The notes below the pieces were generated by a model. That model did not search any database. It was not told the DNA's origin and saw nothing but the letters and a program-made list of their open reading frames with translations. DNA of 64,000 nt from Bacteriovoracaceae bacterium. GTDB taxonomy: Bacteria > Bdellovibrionota > Bacteriovoracia > Bacteriovoracales > Bacteriovoracaceae. The stretch covers positions 1-64,000 of the forward strand of contig JABIHA010000084.1 of assembly GCA_018649885.1 (NCBI GenBank), in the 5' to 3' direction. Shown piece by piece: positions 8,399 through 18,453 of this stretch. A program made the position numbers and the translations under genes. Numbering within the stretch: the first letter of the stretch is position 1; every line of letters begins with the position of its first letter.

Positions 8399-8466
8399 CA
8401 ACGCTTTGATTACTGATAAGTATGCATACACCAACGGCAATTAGGTCTTTGTATAGGACAGTCCTT

Positions 8467-8835
8467 CTAAATGGATATACCCGAATCTGCCTTTATCTCG
8501 CTTTCTTCAGCCTCACTTAGAACTGGATTACAGGCCTTATCAACACCTTTCATCGAGTAGCTACTGAGTTCTGAGCAATCGGAATTTCTTTCAAAAGGGT
8601 ATAACTCTTCATTGGGTATTTCACTTTCTATTTTTCCAAACATTTCAATCATTTCTTCCAACTTATTTTTCGTATAATCTTTTCGAGGACCCTCAATATA
8701 GCTTGATGATCTGTTTGGGTCTGTAGACATATCTTCAGAAGAGTTTTGTGCTGATGCATTGATAGCAGTTAACAGGCTAAAAGTTACCATTAAATGAATT
8801 TTGATAGTATTAAATAAATATTCTTTAAATTTCAT
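8467..8835 (-). CDS. Hypothetical secreted protein
   Basis: AAGGAG RBS, signal-like N-terminus. Confidence 0.7.
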   Translation of the reverse strand: MKFKEYLFNTIKIHLMVTFSLLTAINASAQNSSEDMSTDPNRSSSYIEGPRKDYTKNKLEEMIEMFGKIESEIPNEELYPFERNSDCSELSSYSMKGVDKACNPVLSEAEESEIKADSGISI

Positions 8836-9027
8836 CTCTTTCTCCTTCGTTTCTCTCTTAGGAATATCTTAGCTGATAAGGTAGAGAAGAAAGGGGGAGA
8901 AATTGTTAGGGATCAATAGTTATTATTTAGAAGATAGGGTGCTAAGTGCTGTGACTTAAGTTGGTGTGTTACTTTACTGGCTTTTCTGGGAGAAAAATAG
9001 AATTCTTTAAGCTAAGATAATTTTTGA

Positions 9028-10041
9028 TTAATCAGGAGTGATTTCTGGAATGAGTGTCTCTAGTTCAAAATTGTCACTATTTAGAAATATAGGATCTCTA
9101 CCATCGAAAAATTTGATTTGAATTTCACCTTTGGCAAATTTTGTGTTGTGGACCAAGGATTTTTTTCTAGAAGGGTGGTCGTATACTAGGTGGCCCCATT
9201 GTTTTTTATTTCCATCAATTTTTACACTCATTTCACAATCTGATGATTTGAATATGGCCTTCCAGCTCTTTTGTTCTAGGTCCAAAACATCTGGTTTGAA
9301 TGAGGAGAGTACGTCATTAAAGTGGTACCAATTCCCGTGGGCCTTTACAGAGCAACCTGAGAGAAATGGTGATTTGATGACTTTTCCTAGAACAATTTTT
9401 GCACTAAATCCATCAAAGTAGGCACTGCTATCTTCTTTAAATTGATTGCAATTGGCGTAGCTATATTTATAGGCGTGCTCTGTGCCCCAGTTATGTCCGT
9501 TCATCCCGATGAATTTATTATTTACAGTACGACCTTCAATATTTACCTGGCCGTTAAAATGCATGAAAATAGCATTGGTGAGAATTTTTTTCTTTGGGAA
9601 AAAGCCAGTATAAAACCAGTCTTTGGAGAAATGGTAATATGTGCCCCCATCATAATTGACATCTAAATTCCAACTGACCTTGCCACTGTCAGTGGTGATC
9701 TCACCTTCTAGTTTTTTATCAGAAATTTTGTAAAATGATCCATTATTAAAAGTGAAATTAAATTTTTTCCAATCTCCAGCGCATTCTTTTTTTAGCTCTA
9801 AAAATTTTGCAAGAGGCACCGCTTCAATCAGCTTATAGGTTTTTGCATTGTCGGAGGCCTTATCAAAATCTATGAAAATAGATTCGATGACCACTTCATC
9901 ACTACCTTTGTACAAAAGTAGATTGTGTTTTAGCCAAAATGAATAACTTCCATCCTCACTATTACCTCTAAAGTAAAATGATTCATAGAGGCCTTTGCGA
10001 GTGCTATCAGCACATGTTTCAATATTATGGGGAGCGATCAT
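9028..10041 (-). CDS. Tocopherol-cyclase/AttH-like beta-barrel protein
   Basis: YESFYF near the N-terminus and GMNGHNWGTEHA.Y motif; ATGA overlap with the GMC gene. Confidence 0.6.
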   Translation of the reverse strand: MIAPHNIETCADSTRKGLYESFYFRGNSEDGSYSFWLKHNLLLYKGSDEVVIESIFIDFDKASDNAKTYKLIEAVPLAKFLELKKECAGDWKKFNFTFNNGSFYKISDKKLEGEITTDSGKVSWNLDVNYDGGTYYHFSKDWFYTGFFPKKKILTNAIFMHFNGQVNIEGRTVNNKFIGMNGHNWGTEHAYKYSYANCNQFKEDSSAYFDGFSAKIVLGKVIKSPFLSGCSVKAHGNWYHFNDVLSSFKPDVLDLEQKSWKAIFKSSDCEMSVKIDGNKKQWGHLVYDHPSRKKSLVHNTKFAKGEIQIKFFDGRDPIFLNSDNFELETLIPEITPD

Positions 10042-12416
10042 AAGCGAGTGTCCTGGATGAAGTTTGCGATTCTTAGAGCGTTAGACATAATTGTTACCTG
10101 AGGATTTACTCCGAGTGGTCCAGGAATTGTTGATCCATCTGCAATAAATAGGTTTTTGACTCCCCAAAATTCACCGTGTTCATCCACTACTGATACTTGA
10201 GGATTTTTTCCCATTTTACAAGTACCAAGTGGATGATGAGCTGAGAGAGTAAAATTATAAGCAGGTATATATGAATCAAGGTAGCTGAGTTGTTCCATCT
10301 TAGTAACTTTTTCAAGTCCTGAGATTGGAGTATAGACACGGCTTGCTTCAGCTTCAAGCAGTATCTTGGCAATCATTTTTGAAGAGTTACGGATAATTTG
10401 ATTCATACTTCTGTCAATCTTATAGCTGGGAAGAGATCCCCATTTTTTTAAGATAAGGTGACCTTTTACAGAATCAGACATCATTGAGGCAAAGTTTGTA
10501 AATTGCTTTGCATTTTTCATCAAGTAGGTAAGCTCTTTTCCATAACAAGAAAAGGCCAGAGGAATACTATCTATTGGAATAGTATATCCTTCTAGAACAA
10601 AGCCATGAAAAGTTTCATCATCAATATGAAGAGATTGTGGTGCAAATAGTTTAGCTTTATTTATATATGGGAAAATCCCGCCCAAGTTAATAGCAGGATG
10701 GATTGTGAGGTTTTGTCCAATGTTTTTGTTTTTTGAATGGAGACCATTCTTATAGAGAAGGTGTGGTGTTCCAAGTGTTCCAGCTGCTAAAACTACAACT
10801 TTAGCTTTTATATTGAGTGAGAAATTTTCGCCGTAATTTTCTAAACCAGCTCTAATGCCAACGGCCTTACCATTTTCAATGATCAGTGAGTTTGCACGGT
10901 AGTGTGTGAATAAGAAAGCATTGTTTTTTAGTGCCTCGGCCATATAGGAAACGTCAGTACTTCTTTTGGCCGAGATAGGGCATCCAAGTATGCAGTAGGA
11001 TTGACCATCGCAACCAATTTCAGCCCGCTTTAGTGGATGGTATTTAAGGCCTAGCTTTTTGGTCCCAAGATCTAGCACTTTGGATATTTCACCTTGGATT
11101 TTTTCTTCAACTGGGTTATTACCCAACATTTGTTCTACTTGAGGAATATATTTTTCGAGATCTGTAAGCGATCCTCCAATTTCATCTCCCCACTTCTCCA
11201 CCATCTCTTTTTTTGGCCTCATACTTGTGCCACTATTGATAACAGTGGTACCTCCTACTGCTTTTCCAGTGGGAATCCATAAGGGAGCATTGGATAGGGC
11301 AAAACTTCTTCCTCCATTTCTATACAATTTGTGCATCATTTCGATGCGGTCCCCTGTAAAGTCAGGCCTTTTAAAGTAGTGTCCCTCTTCGACAACTGCG
11401 ACGGCATTGCCAAGCCTGGCTAGCTCATACGCTAGAGCTGCTCCTCCAGCACCTGAACCTACAACTACAACATCCACTTCAACTTCTTCTTTAGATAGGT
11501 CAGTAATAGGAGTTTGAACTAATTGCATCCAGTTTTCTTCTTCAGCATTTACAGGAGGCTCAGGGATATTTTGATCGGTTTTTTCAAAAAAGCTTTTCTG
11601 AGAATAAATGGCACCAATAACATTTGTTAAAAGTGGAAGTATTAGAATGTGAAAAAAACGATGCTTTAGAAATAAACTACAAAGTTTTTCTTTTTGAGCG
11701 GAACTTAATTTTGAAAGTGATCTTCTGAATTTCAAAACCGTGATAAAAGTGATTAGGTAAAAACAAACCACCATGGCCTTATAAGTAAAATAGGGAAGAT
11801 CTATCATTTGCTCTAATATTCTTTTTTCAATGTCATCTTTTTTTGCAATCTCTTCCCAGTTTGGTGTGATAATGGGAACAAGGCTTAGTAATTTTTTTGA
11901 AAATGGTCCTCTTGGGTTATACGCCAGTTCTTTTGATGTGACTCTTACTCCAAAAGGAAAGTGATAGAGTGGATTTAGGTAGTGCATGAGACCACCACCA
12001 ATTGTTTTACCATCCAAACTGACTTCTATGGGAAGAGTGATCAAAGAATCGATTACTATTTTTGGGTTATAGGTTTTGAAAATGTATTTTTTCATTCCCT
12101 TTATGACAACGGTTCCAAGCCCCTCTATGTGGCAGGGAAAATCATAGCTAACACCATCATGGGAAATACCCATGTCTCCTTCAATATAAGGCCTTGAGTG
12201 ACTCTCTGAAAGTTTTGGATTTAGTGGTAGCCCTGGAAAATAGGCATTTCCAATAAAGCGAAAGGGGAAGGGGTAGCGGCGTCTTTCACAAAAAGCTTTA
12301 ATATTAATTTCGAAAGGATATTCAACACCGGTTTGAATTTGAGTCGAATTGGAAGGGAGTTCACTAAAACTAATAGTTCCGGCCATTCGCTCATTAATTC
12401 TGACGCCAAAAGACAA
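10038..12416 (-). CDS. GMC-family FAD oxidoreductase with a long N-terminal extension
   Basis: VVVVGSGAGG, GKAVGGTTVINSG, C..GCP, HPLGTCKMG, GVNPQVTIM. Confidence 0.92.
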   Translation of the reverse strand: MSFGVRINERMAGTISFSELPSNSTQIQTGVEYPFEINIKAFCERRRYPFPFRFIGNAYFPGLPLNPKLSESHSRPYIEGDMGISHDGVSYDFPCHIEGLGTVVIKGMKKYIFKTYNPKIVIDSLITLPIEVSLDGKTIGGGLMHYLNPLYHFPFGVRVTSKELAYNPRGPFSKKLLSLVPIITPNWEEIAKKDDIEKRILEQMIDLPYFTYKAMVVCFYLITFITVLKFRRSLSKLSSAQKEKLCSLFLKHRFFHILILPLLTNVIGAIYSQKSFFEKTDQNIPEPPVNAEEENWMQLVQTPITDLSKEEVEVDVVVVGSGAGGAALAYELARLGNAVAVVEEGHYFKRPDFTGDRIEMMHKLYRNGGRSFALSNAPLWIPTGKAVGGTTVINSGTSMRPKKEMVEKWGDEIGGSLTDLEKYIPQVEQMLGNNPVEEKIQGEISKVLDLGTKKLGLKYHPLKRAEIGCDGQSYCILGCPISAKRSTDVSYMAEALKNNAFLFTHYRANSLIIENGKAVGIRAGLENYGENFSLNIKAKVVVLAAGTLGTPHLLYKNGLHSKNKNIGQNLTIHPAINLGGIFPYINKAKLFAPQSLHIDDETFHGFVLEGYTIPIDSIPLAFSCYGKELTYLMKNAKQFTNFASMMSDSVKGHLILKKWGSLPSYKIDRSMNQIIRNSSKMIAKILLEAEASRVYTPISGLEKVTKMEQLSYLDSYIPAYNFTLSAHHPLGTCKMGKNPQVSVVDEHGEFWGVKNLFIADGSTIPGPLGVNPQVTIMSNALRIANFIQDTRL

Positions 12417-12488
12417 GGTGGGCCCCTCGTTAAGTGTTTTTAGTATTACTACTAAAAAGTTCTCAACTCAGCGAGTAATCGTCAAGTC

Positions 12489-12980
12489 CTACGTAAGCGT
12501 TGGTTCATTAATACTTTGAAATTTAGGGAGCATGATTTCGTCACCATCACCAACATCCGCATTAACTTGCTCGGCCATTTGATATAGGACATTGTTTTCT
12601 TTATCAATATGGGCCCTGATCAAATCAATGAAATTGGTCAGAGATTCTTTAACTTGCTCTTCACTATGAGTAGGATCACTTTTTATTTTATCCATCTCGG
12701 CCACGGCCGTTTTGATGAAAGATCGCCCCTTATTGTGTTCATCGAGCATGCAGTGAATAGGTCCCCCCTCAAACATGGGGTTTTTATCGATCATCCATTT
12801 AAAATAAATATCTTCTTCTTTGGCGTGGTGAAATTCGTCAGCGTATTTTTGGATAAATTCAATGGTCTTATCAATTGCTTCAATATTTTCACTTACCTTT
12901 GACTCCAGTGTCTGCTCAAGCTGGGAAACTCTGGCCAAAATAGTTTCATGTTCTTTCATTAGTATTTCAGTGCATTGCAT
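12489..12980 (-). CDS. Hemerythrin HHE domain protein
   Basis: LMKEH, HHAKEE, EH, HIDKEN. Confidence 0.9.
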   Translation of the reverse strand: MQCTEILMKEHETILARVSQLEQTLESKVSENIEAIDKTIEFIQKYADEFHHAKEEDIYFKWMIDKNPMFEGGPIHCMLDEHNKGRSFIKTAVAEMDKIKSDPTHSEEQVKESLTNFIDLIRAHIDKENNVLYQMAEQVNADVGDGDEIMLPKFQSINEPTLT

Positions 12981-13041
12981 ATAACTTCCTTTAAGGTAAA
13001 CACCTTTGTATCATAAACCGGATAAAATTCAGTGATCCATC

Positions 13042-13689
13042 TCATTGAAAAAATGGGTTGTTCATTTTTTCAAAAGAAATAGTCGTATTTGGGCCGTGCC
13101 CCGTTATAACATTTGTTTCATCTGGCAGCACAAATAGCTTTTCTCTAATAGATTTGAGAATGAGCTCAGAGTTCCCGCCTGGTAAATCAGTTCTCCCTAT
13201 TGATCCCTGAAAGAGTGTGTCGCCACTAATAAGCAGCGGAGGGGTGAATAATGTGTTGTTGTAAAAACAAACTGATCCTTGTGTATGGCCGGGTGTAAAA
13301 ATAACTTTAAAGAAATTTTTAAACTCACCATCATTAAATGAAAGGATGTCCCCGTCTTCAAAATTATGATCTATTTTAGCGGATAACATTGGCTTCATCC
13401 CCATCATTAGCGCTTGTGCAGGTAGGCCCTTGTAGAGTGTAAGATCTTTTTTATGTAGTGAAAGGGGAACCTTGTATTTCTCTTTTAAGTATTTACTCGA
13501 GCCAATATGATCGAGATGAGCATGAGTGTGAATAATGGATAAAACATTTAAATTTAAATTTTCTATTTTTTGCTCTGCGGGCTCTGGGTGTGCGCCGGGG
13601 TCGATAATGATTGCATCTTTGCTGCTCTTAGAAAAAATAATGGTACTCTTCGTCTCAAAAGTGCCTACGGGGAAGGTCTCTATAATCAC
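13042..13689 (-). CDS. MBL-fold hydrolase (glyoxalase II-like)
   Basis: THAHLDHIG, TPGHT, SGDTLF, GRTDLPGG, GHG. Confidence 0.92.
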   Translation of the reverse strand: MIIETFPVGTFETKSTIIFSKSSKDAIIIDPGAHPEPAEQKIENLNLNVLSIIHTHAHLDHIGSSKYLKEKYKVPLSLHKKDLTLYKGLPAQALMMGMKPMLSAKIDHNFEDGDILSFNDGEFKNFFKVIFTPGHTQGSVCFYNNTLFTPPLLISGDTLFQGSIGRTDLPGGNSELILKSIREKLFVLPDETNVITGHGPNTTISFEKMNNPFFQ

Positions 13690-13846
13690 AGCATTCTCCT
13701 ATTGAAAGCCCCTTTATATCATGTTTTTACTGCTTTCAAATCAAACAAGTTTATTCAAATTATCCTCTTTATTTTTAACAGTGGTCATGGTGCCTATACT
13801 TATTTCTAGAGAACATTTCGTGCACATTCAGGGAAGGGAGGTATGA

Positions 13847-14725
13847 ATGAGAGGAATATTATCTATCGTGCTGCTTTTCACATCAGCGCTTGGTGGGAAA
13901 GCAAAAGCTTGTGACCGTTATGGAAAAACGGGAATCATGGAAGACAATGATCTCAGGATCTATGTCGGTCAGAAAGGGGGTTCGAAAATTGATGAGGCGA
14001 GTTTTAACAAAGTAACTGGTCGGTTAGAGAAGATTTATCGACCAATAATTGCAAAACGAGGAGGAGATCTCCAGATTTTGAGAAAGTGGGAAAATCCCAA
14101 AGTTAATGCTTATGCACTTCAGCGTGGCGGCGTATGGTATGTCTCCATGTTTGGTGGACTTGCAAGACATTCAGCTATAACAGAGGATGGCCTTGCCCTT
14201 GTAATGTGCCATGAAATTGGTCACCACATTGGTGGCGCTCCCAAGAAGACTGAGCAATCTGGCCAGTTGATTTGGGCCACGAATGAAGGCCAGGCTGATT
14301 ACTTTGCAACCCTTAAGTGCCTTAGAAGGTATTTTGAAAGAGATGATAATGTTCGCATCGTCAGAAGGTTGAAGGTGCCAAAAGCTGTAGAAGCACTATG
14401 CAAGCAAACATTTAAAGACCCTACTGAGAGGGCGCTCTGCACGCGGTCTCAGCTTGCAGGAAGATCAGTGAGTGGACTATTTCACTCTCTTAGGAAGTTG
14501 AAAGACCCACTAAGCTTTGTCAAAAAGAGCAGAGCTAGTGTGGTGGAAACTTACCATGGTCATCCACAGCCTCAATGTAGACTAGATACTTATATATCTG
14601 GTTCCATCTGCAAGGCTGATTTGGAAGTTCCCCTTGTTAGCTACGATGCTGATCAAGGTGTGTGCAGCAGAAGACTGGGTGAATCTGAGGGTGTCAGACC
14701 AACTTGTTGGTATAAACCTGAGTAA
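13847..14725 (+). CDS. Secreted M48-like zinc metallopeptidase
   Basis: Signal peptide, VNAYA, CHEIGHH, EGQADY, HP..QCR. Confidence 0.8.
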   Translation: MRGILSIVLLFTSALGGKAKACDRYGKTGIMEDNDLRIYVGQKGGSKIDEASFNKVTGRLEKIYRPIIAKRGGDLQILRKWENPKVNAYALQRGGVWYVSMFGGLARHSAITEDGLALVMCHEIGHHIGGAPKKTEQSGQLIWATNEGQADYFATLKCLRRYFERDDNVRIVRRLKVPKAVEALCKQTFKDPTERALCTRSQLAGRSVSGLFHSLRKLKDPLSFVKKSRASVVETYHGHPQPQCRLDTYISGSICKADLEVPLVSYDADQGVCSRRLGESEGVRPTCWYKPE

Positions 14726-14746
14726 ACCACCTAAAAAAAGTACATT

Positions 14747-14783
14747 GCCGGGTCTCCATCCCTTTGGAGATCCGGTTTTTTTT
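14747..14783 (+). terminator. Intrinsic terminator
   Basis: gccgggtctcca...tggagatccgg hairpin followed by T8. Confidence 0.85.
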
Positions 14784-14833
14784 AGCGCGAATTTGTGGAA
14801 TGAATTATAATTAGTTGTACACTTTGATCATGG

Positions 14834-16060
14834 ATGATTGTAATGACTAGCTATATGGTACCCCCTCCAAAAAATATCCCCCTATCAGAAATTTTACCAA
14901 CTGAGCCACTACTTTTAATGGGAGCAGGTCCTGTTCCAATTCCACATGCTGTTGCCAGTGCTAATGGGGTTGTCATTAATCACATGGGTGACACCATGAA
15001 TGAGATTATTAGCCGAGTGAAAACCATGGCCAAGTATGCTTTCCAAACTAGTAACGATAAAATTTTTGGAATATCTGGTCCCTCCAGTGCCGCTATGGAA
15101 ATGGGGATTACTAATCTATTATGGCCGGGTCGTTCAGCTTTAGTTTGCAGTATGGGAACCTTTAGCCACAGATTTTCTGAGCTCGCCAGCGGTGTTGGAA
15201 GTGACGTTACTATTATTGAACCTAAGGAAAACAAACCTTTTAGTGTAGAAGAAGTTGAAAAGGCTTTTGAAAGCAAAAGTTTTGATGTGCTGACAATTGT
15301 TCAAGGTGAGACATCTTGTGGAATCCTCAATACCAATTTAAAAGAAATTGTTAGAGTCGCTAAGAAAAACAATTGCCTTGTTATTGTAGATGCAGTTTGT
15401 ACTCTTACCACGATGCCGCTTTCGATGGATGAATGGGGAATTGATGTTGTGGTTACTGGAGGACAAAAAGGTTTATCTTCCATTCCAGGAGTTTCACTAA
15501 TTGCATTTTCAAATGCAGCCTGGGACGTCATTGAAAATAGAAAAGTTAATTGTCCTCATTGGTGTCTCGATGCTAGGAAGGCGAATATGTTTTGGACTGA
15601 AAGGAAGTACCACTACACAGCTCCTGTTCCTGGGATTTTGGCCATGTACGAAGCACTAAGGCTTATAACCATTGAAACTCTAGATAAAAGATTTGAAAGG
15701 CATCATATGAGCTCAAGAGCTCTACAAAAAGGTCTTGAGGCCATGGGGCTTACACTCTTTGTTCCAGAGGAATATAGGCTTAACTCAGTGGTTGCAATTG
15801 ATCTTCCCAAAAAAGCAGAAAGCTCCAAGATTTTGAATTACATGATAGATAAATTTAACGTAGAAATTTCTGGAGCGTTTGGTTTAAATATCATAAGAAT
15901 TGGGCAAATGGGTGAGCAGTGTAGATCACAAAATCTTTTTAAAGTTTTGTACGCCCTGGGAATGAGTTTTCGAAAAAATGGGTTTGAAGTTGATATTGCC
16001 AGCGGAATGGCAAGGTTAGAAGAAAACCTTGTTTTAGACCTTGAGCATTTTGTGGAATAG
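14834..16060 (+). CDS. Alanine-glyoxylate/serine-pyruvate aminotransferase (class V PLP)
   Basis: LLMGAGP, ETSCG, DAV, GGQKGLS.PG, RIGQMG. Confidence 0.92.
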   Translation: MIVMTSYMVPPPKNIPLSEILPTEPLLLMGAGPVPIPHAVASANGVVINHMGDTMNEIISRVKTMAKYAFQTSNDKIFGISGPSSAAMEMGITNLLWPGRSALVCSMGTFSHRFSELASGVGSDVTIIEPKENKPFSVEEVEKAFESKSFDVLTIVQGETSCGILNTNLKEIVRVAKKNNCLVIVDAVCTLTTMPLSMDEWGIDVVVTGGQKGLSSIPGVSLIAFSNAAWDVIENRKVNCPHWCLDARKANMFWTERKYHYTAPVPGILAMYEALRLITIETLDKRFERHHMSSRALQKGLEAMGLTLFVPEEYRLNSVVAIDLPKKAESSKILNYMIDKFNVEISGAFGLNIIRIGQMGEQCRSQNLFKVLYALGMSFRKNGFEVDIASGMARLEENLVLDLEHFVE

Positions 16061-16062
16061 CA

Positions 16063-17936
16063 CTATGGAGTGTTAATTAAACGTGGGTAATCCCCTGGAG
16101 TAAATTTCCAAATAGTTGCGTTCCATATTGACATCGGTTGGCCTGTACCATTACCCATAAATGTTGACTCTAAAACAGCCGTTGAGATTGCACCTGCATT
16201 ATCTGTGCAAGTGCCGACGCCACCACCATTTGCTTCACAATTAACATCACTTGCATAATATAGATTGGAAACAGAATCATTTCCGGTGCTAAAAGCAATT
16301 GTATAGTCTGTATTATTGCTAGTGCCATTGGCCTGAGCTATTTCCACTGCTACAAAATTGTCATTGACCACACAGTAATCGCAATATCCAATTAGACCTG
16401 CCATATTACTTCCAGTTCCTGAAGCAAGGGCAGCGTAACCACCTGAATAAGATTTGGTTAATGTGGAATCATCCGATGCTGTACCTAAAAGCTTGCCTGC
16501 GAGAGCACCAAACCAGGTATCCGTTAAGACGCTTGTGCTCATTTCTGAATAAGAATTGAGTATATAACTGCTTCCTGGAAATGTTGCATCTGTTTCAAGC
16601 TCTGCTACTAGACCGCCCACAAGAGAAGCTCCCCCCTGGCTATTTTGATCAAGGGTTCCCGATGTATAATTTTCACTGATGGAAGTATTTAGTGCATACC
16701 CTACTAAACCACCAAGGTAAACATCAACACCCCCTGAGTCTGTTGCCACTGTTGCATTGACTGAATTAAAAAATATTCCACCACTAGACCCACCTGTGTC
16801 ATGACAGGTATCTGAGTTTCCAACAAGGCCGCCGATTGCATACTGGTTTCCTAAAACACTGACAGTTGTAGAGGTGTAAGCAATTTGGGTTCCGTTAGAC
16901 ATTTTTCCGATAGCGCCACCAACATCAGTTGTATTGGCCTGTACATTGCCTGATAGGCTTATGTAGGCAATACTTGAGTTAATCGCTGTTCCTGCAAGGC
17001 CTCCGACTTCATTATTTCCAAAGATATCCACGTTGGATAAATTGAGGTAGTAAATTCCTGCGCCACTAACCTGCCCAAAGAAACCAGCACCATTACTTGT
17101 AGGTGCGTAGTTAAAGCTAAAATCATAAATCGTATGATCGTTTCCAACAAATGTACCAGTAAAGGGGTTAGCACTACTGCCGATCGGTATATCATTGTTG
17201 GTGCCGTCATCATCCATATGGATATCATCTGCAAGAAGAAATTTTTTGTTCATTGCCGATGGGGTTTCTGAGATAGAGTTAATTTGATCTGCTGTACACA
17301 AAATATATGGGTCATCAGATGATCCTACTCCTAATTCATTGTAGGAAGTCATTCCTGTGTGTAATTGGCACAACTCACCATCATAATTAAAGATCCCTCC
17401 AGAGCAGTCTTCAATAAGTTCTGCGCCTGATAAACTCGCGATGATTTCAACTGTATTATCTCCACCTTCAATTGTGGAACTGGCACTACCTATAATTTGA
17501 GGTTGGGAGAGATTGGGAATATGGGCATCAATATCACTAAAACTCACAGGACAATATTCAAGGGAAGTGGCCTTAAAAGCTAAAAGGTAAAAAACTCGAT
17601 TTTCACCAATTGGAACTTCAAGGCTTGCAGTGCCACCAGAGGTAATAAATTGGCTGGCTACGGCAGCAGTCGCAACAACAGAGCCCGCATTATTAACACA
17701 TTGGTTACCGCCACCACCTTCCCAATCAGCAAGAATTACAAAGCAGTCAAAATCGGCAATATTAGTTGGATCTGTTTGGCCCCAAAAATGCTTAGTAGGT
17801 TTCTTTGAGCTAGTCCTAGATTGTGATGACTTAGGAATTGTAATGGAAACTAAGGCCATTTTTTATCTTCACTACCTCTTGAGCAAGAAGCTAGCAAAGC
17901 AGTAATAATTAGAAGTAGCGGTAAAAGCTTTCTCAT
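16063..17936 (-). pseudogene. GLUG-motif surface lipoprotein, frameshifted at an A6 tract (body ORF 16063..17859)
   Basis: Repeated VGGLAG/IGGLVG motifs, PY..TADQ, FTGTF.G. The upstream ATG 17936 encodes MRKLLPLLLIITALLASC (lipobox) but is 77 nt from the body ATG, 1 nt out of frame. Confidence 0.75.
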
Positions 17937-18039
17937 ATTTTATCCATTTATACTTTTTGTAATTTTCTGATAAATTATATTAAAGCACATCTTGCTTCGC
18001 TTCATACAGCACCATTATGGGAATACTTGAGTAATAGAA

Positions 18040-18426
18040 TTGGGAATTATGGAAGAGAGGATTAAAATTCAAGTGGAAACAATTAGTGGGAATCCCACTA
18101 GTGGTGAAATTATGATAACAAAGCTTAGTAAGAACCAGAGAATGAAAACTGCTTTTAAAAAATTGTTTTTTTTTGGGGGGATCGCTATTTTTAGTGTTTT
18201 TCTACCAGTGCTTCATTTTTTTCTGGTGCCTCTATTTCTTATTTTGGGTATCGTTTTTGGAGTGAAAAGTTACCGTGTGGATTCGTGTCTTGTGAGTGGA
18301 AATGGAAGTTGCCCACATTGCAAAGAGGGTATCAATTTCAAATCAAATGATTTAGTGTGGCCCATATTGGTGAAATGTCATAAATGCTCTAGAGACTTAA
18401 ACATTTCTATGGCTACTTATAATTAA
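18040..18426 (+). CDS. Membrane protein with C-terminal zinc ribbon
   Basis: Two TM helices, CPHC...CHKC. Confidence 0.75.
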   Translation: MGIMEERIKIQVETISGNPTSGEIMITKLSKNQRMKTAFKKLFFFGGIAIFSVFLPVLHFFLVPLFLILGIVFGVKSYRVDSCLVSGNGSCPHCKEGINFKSNDLVWPILVKCHKCSRDLNISMATYN

Positions 18427-18453
18427 ACTAAAATATTATCGATAGGAATAATC

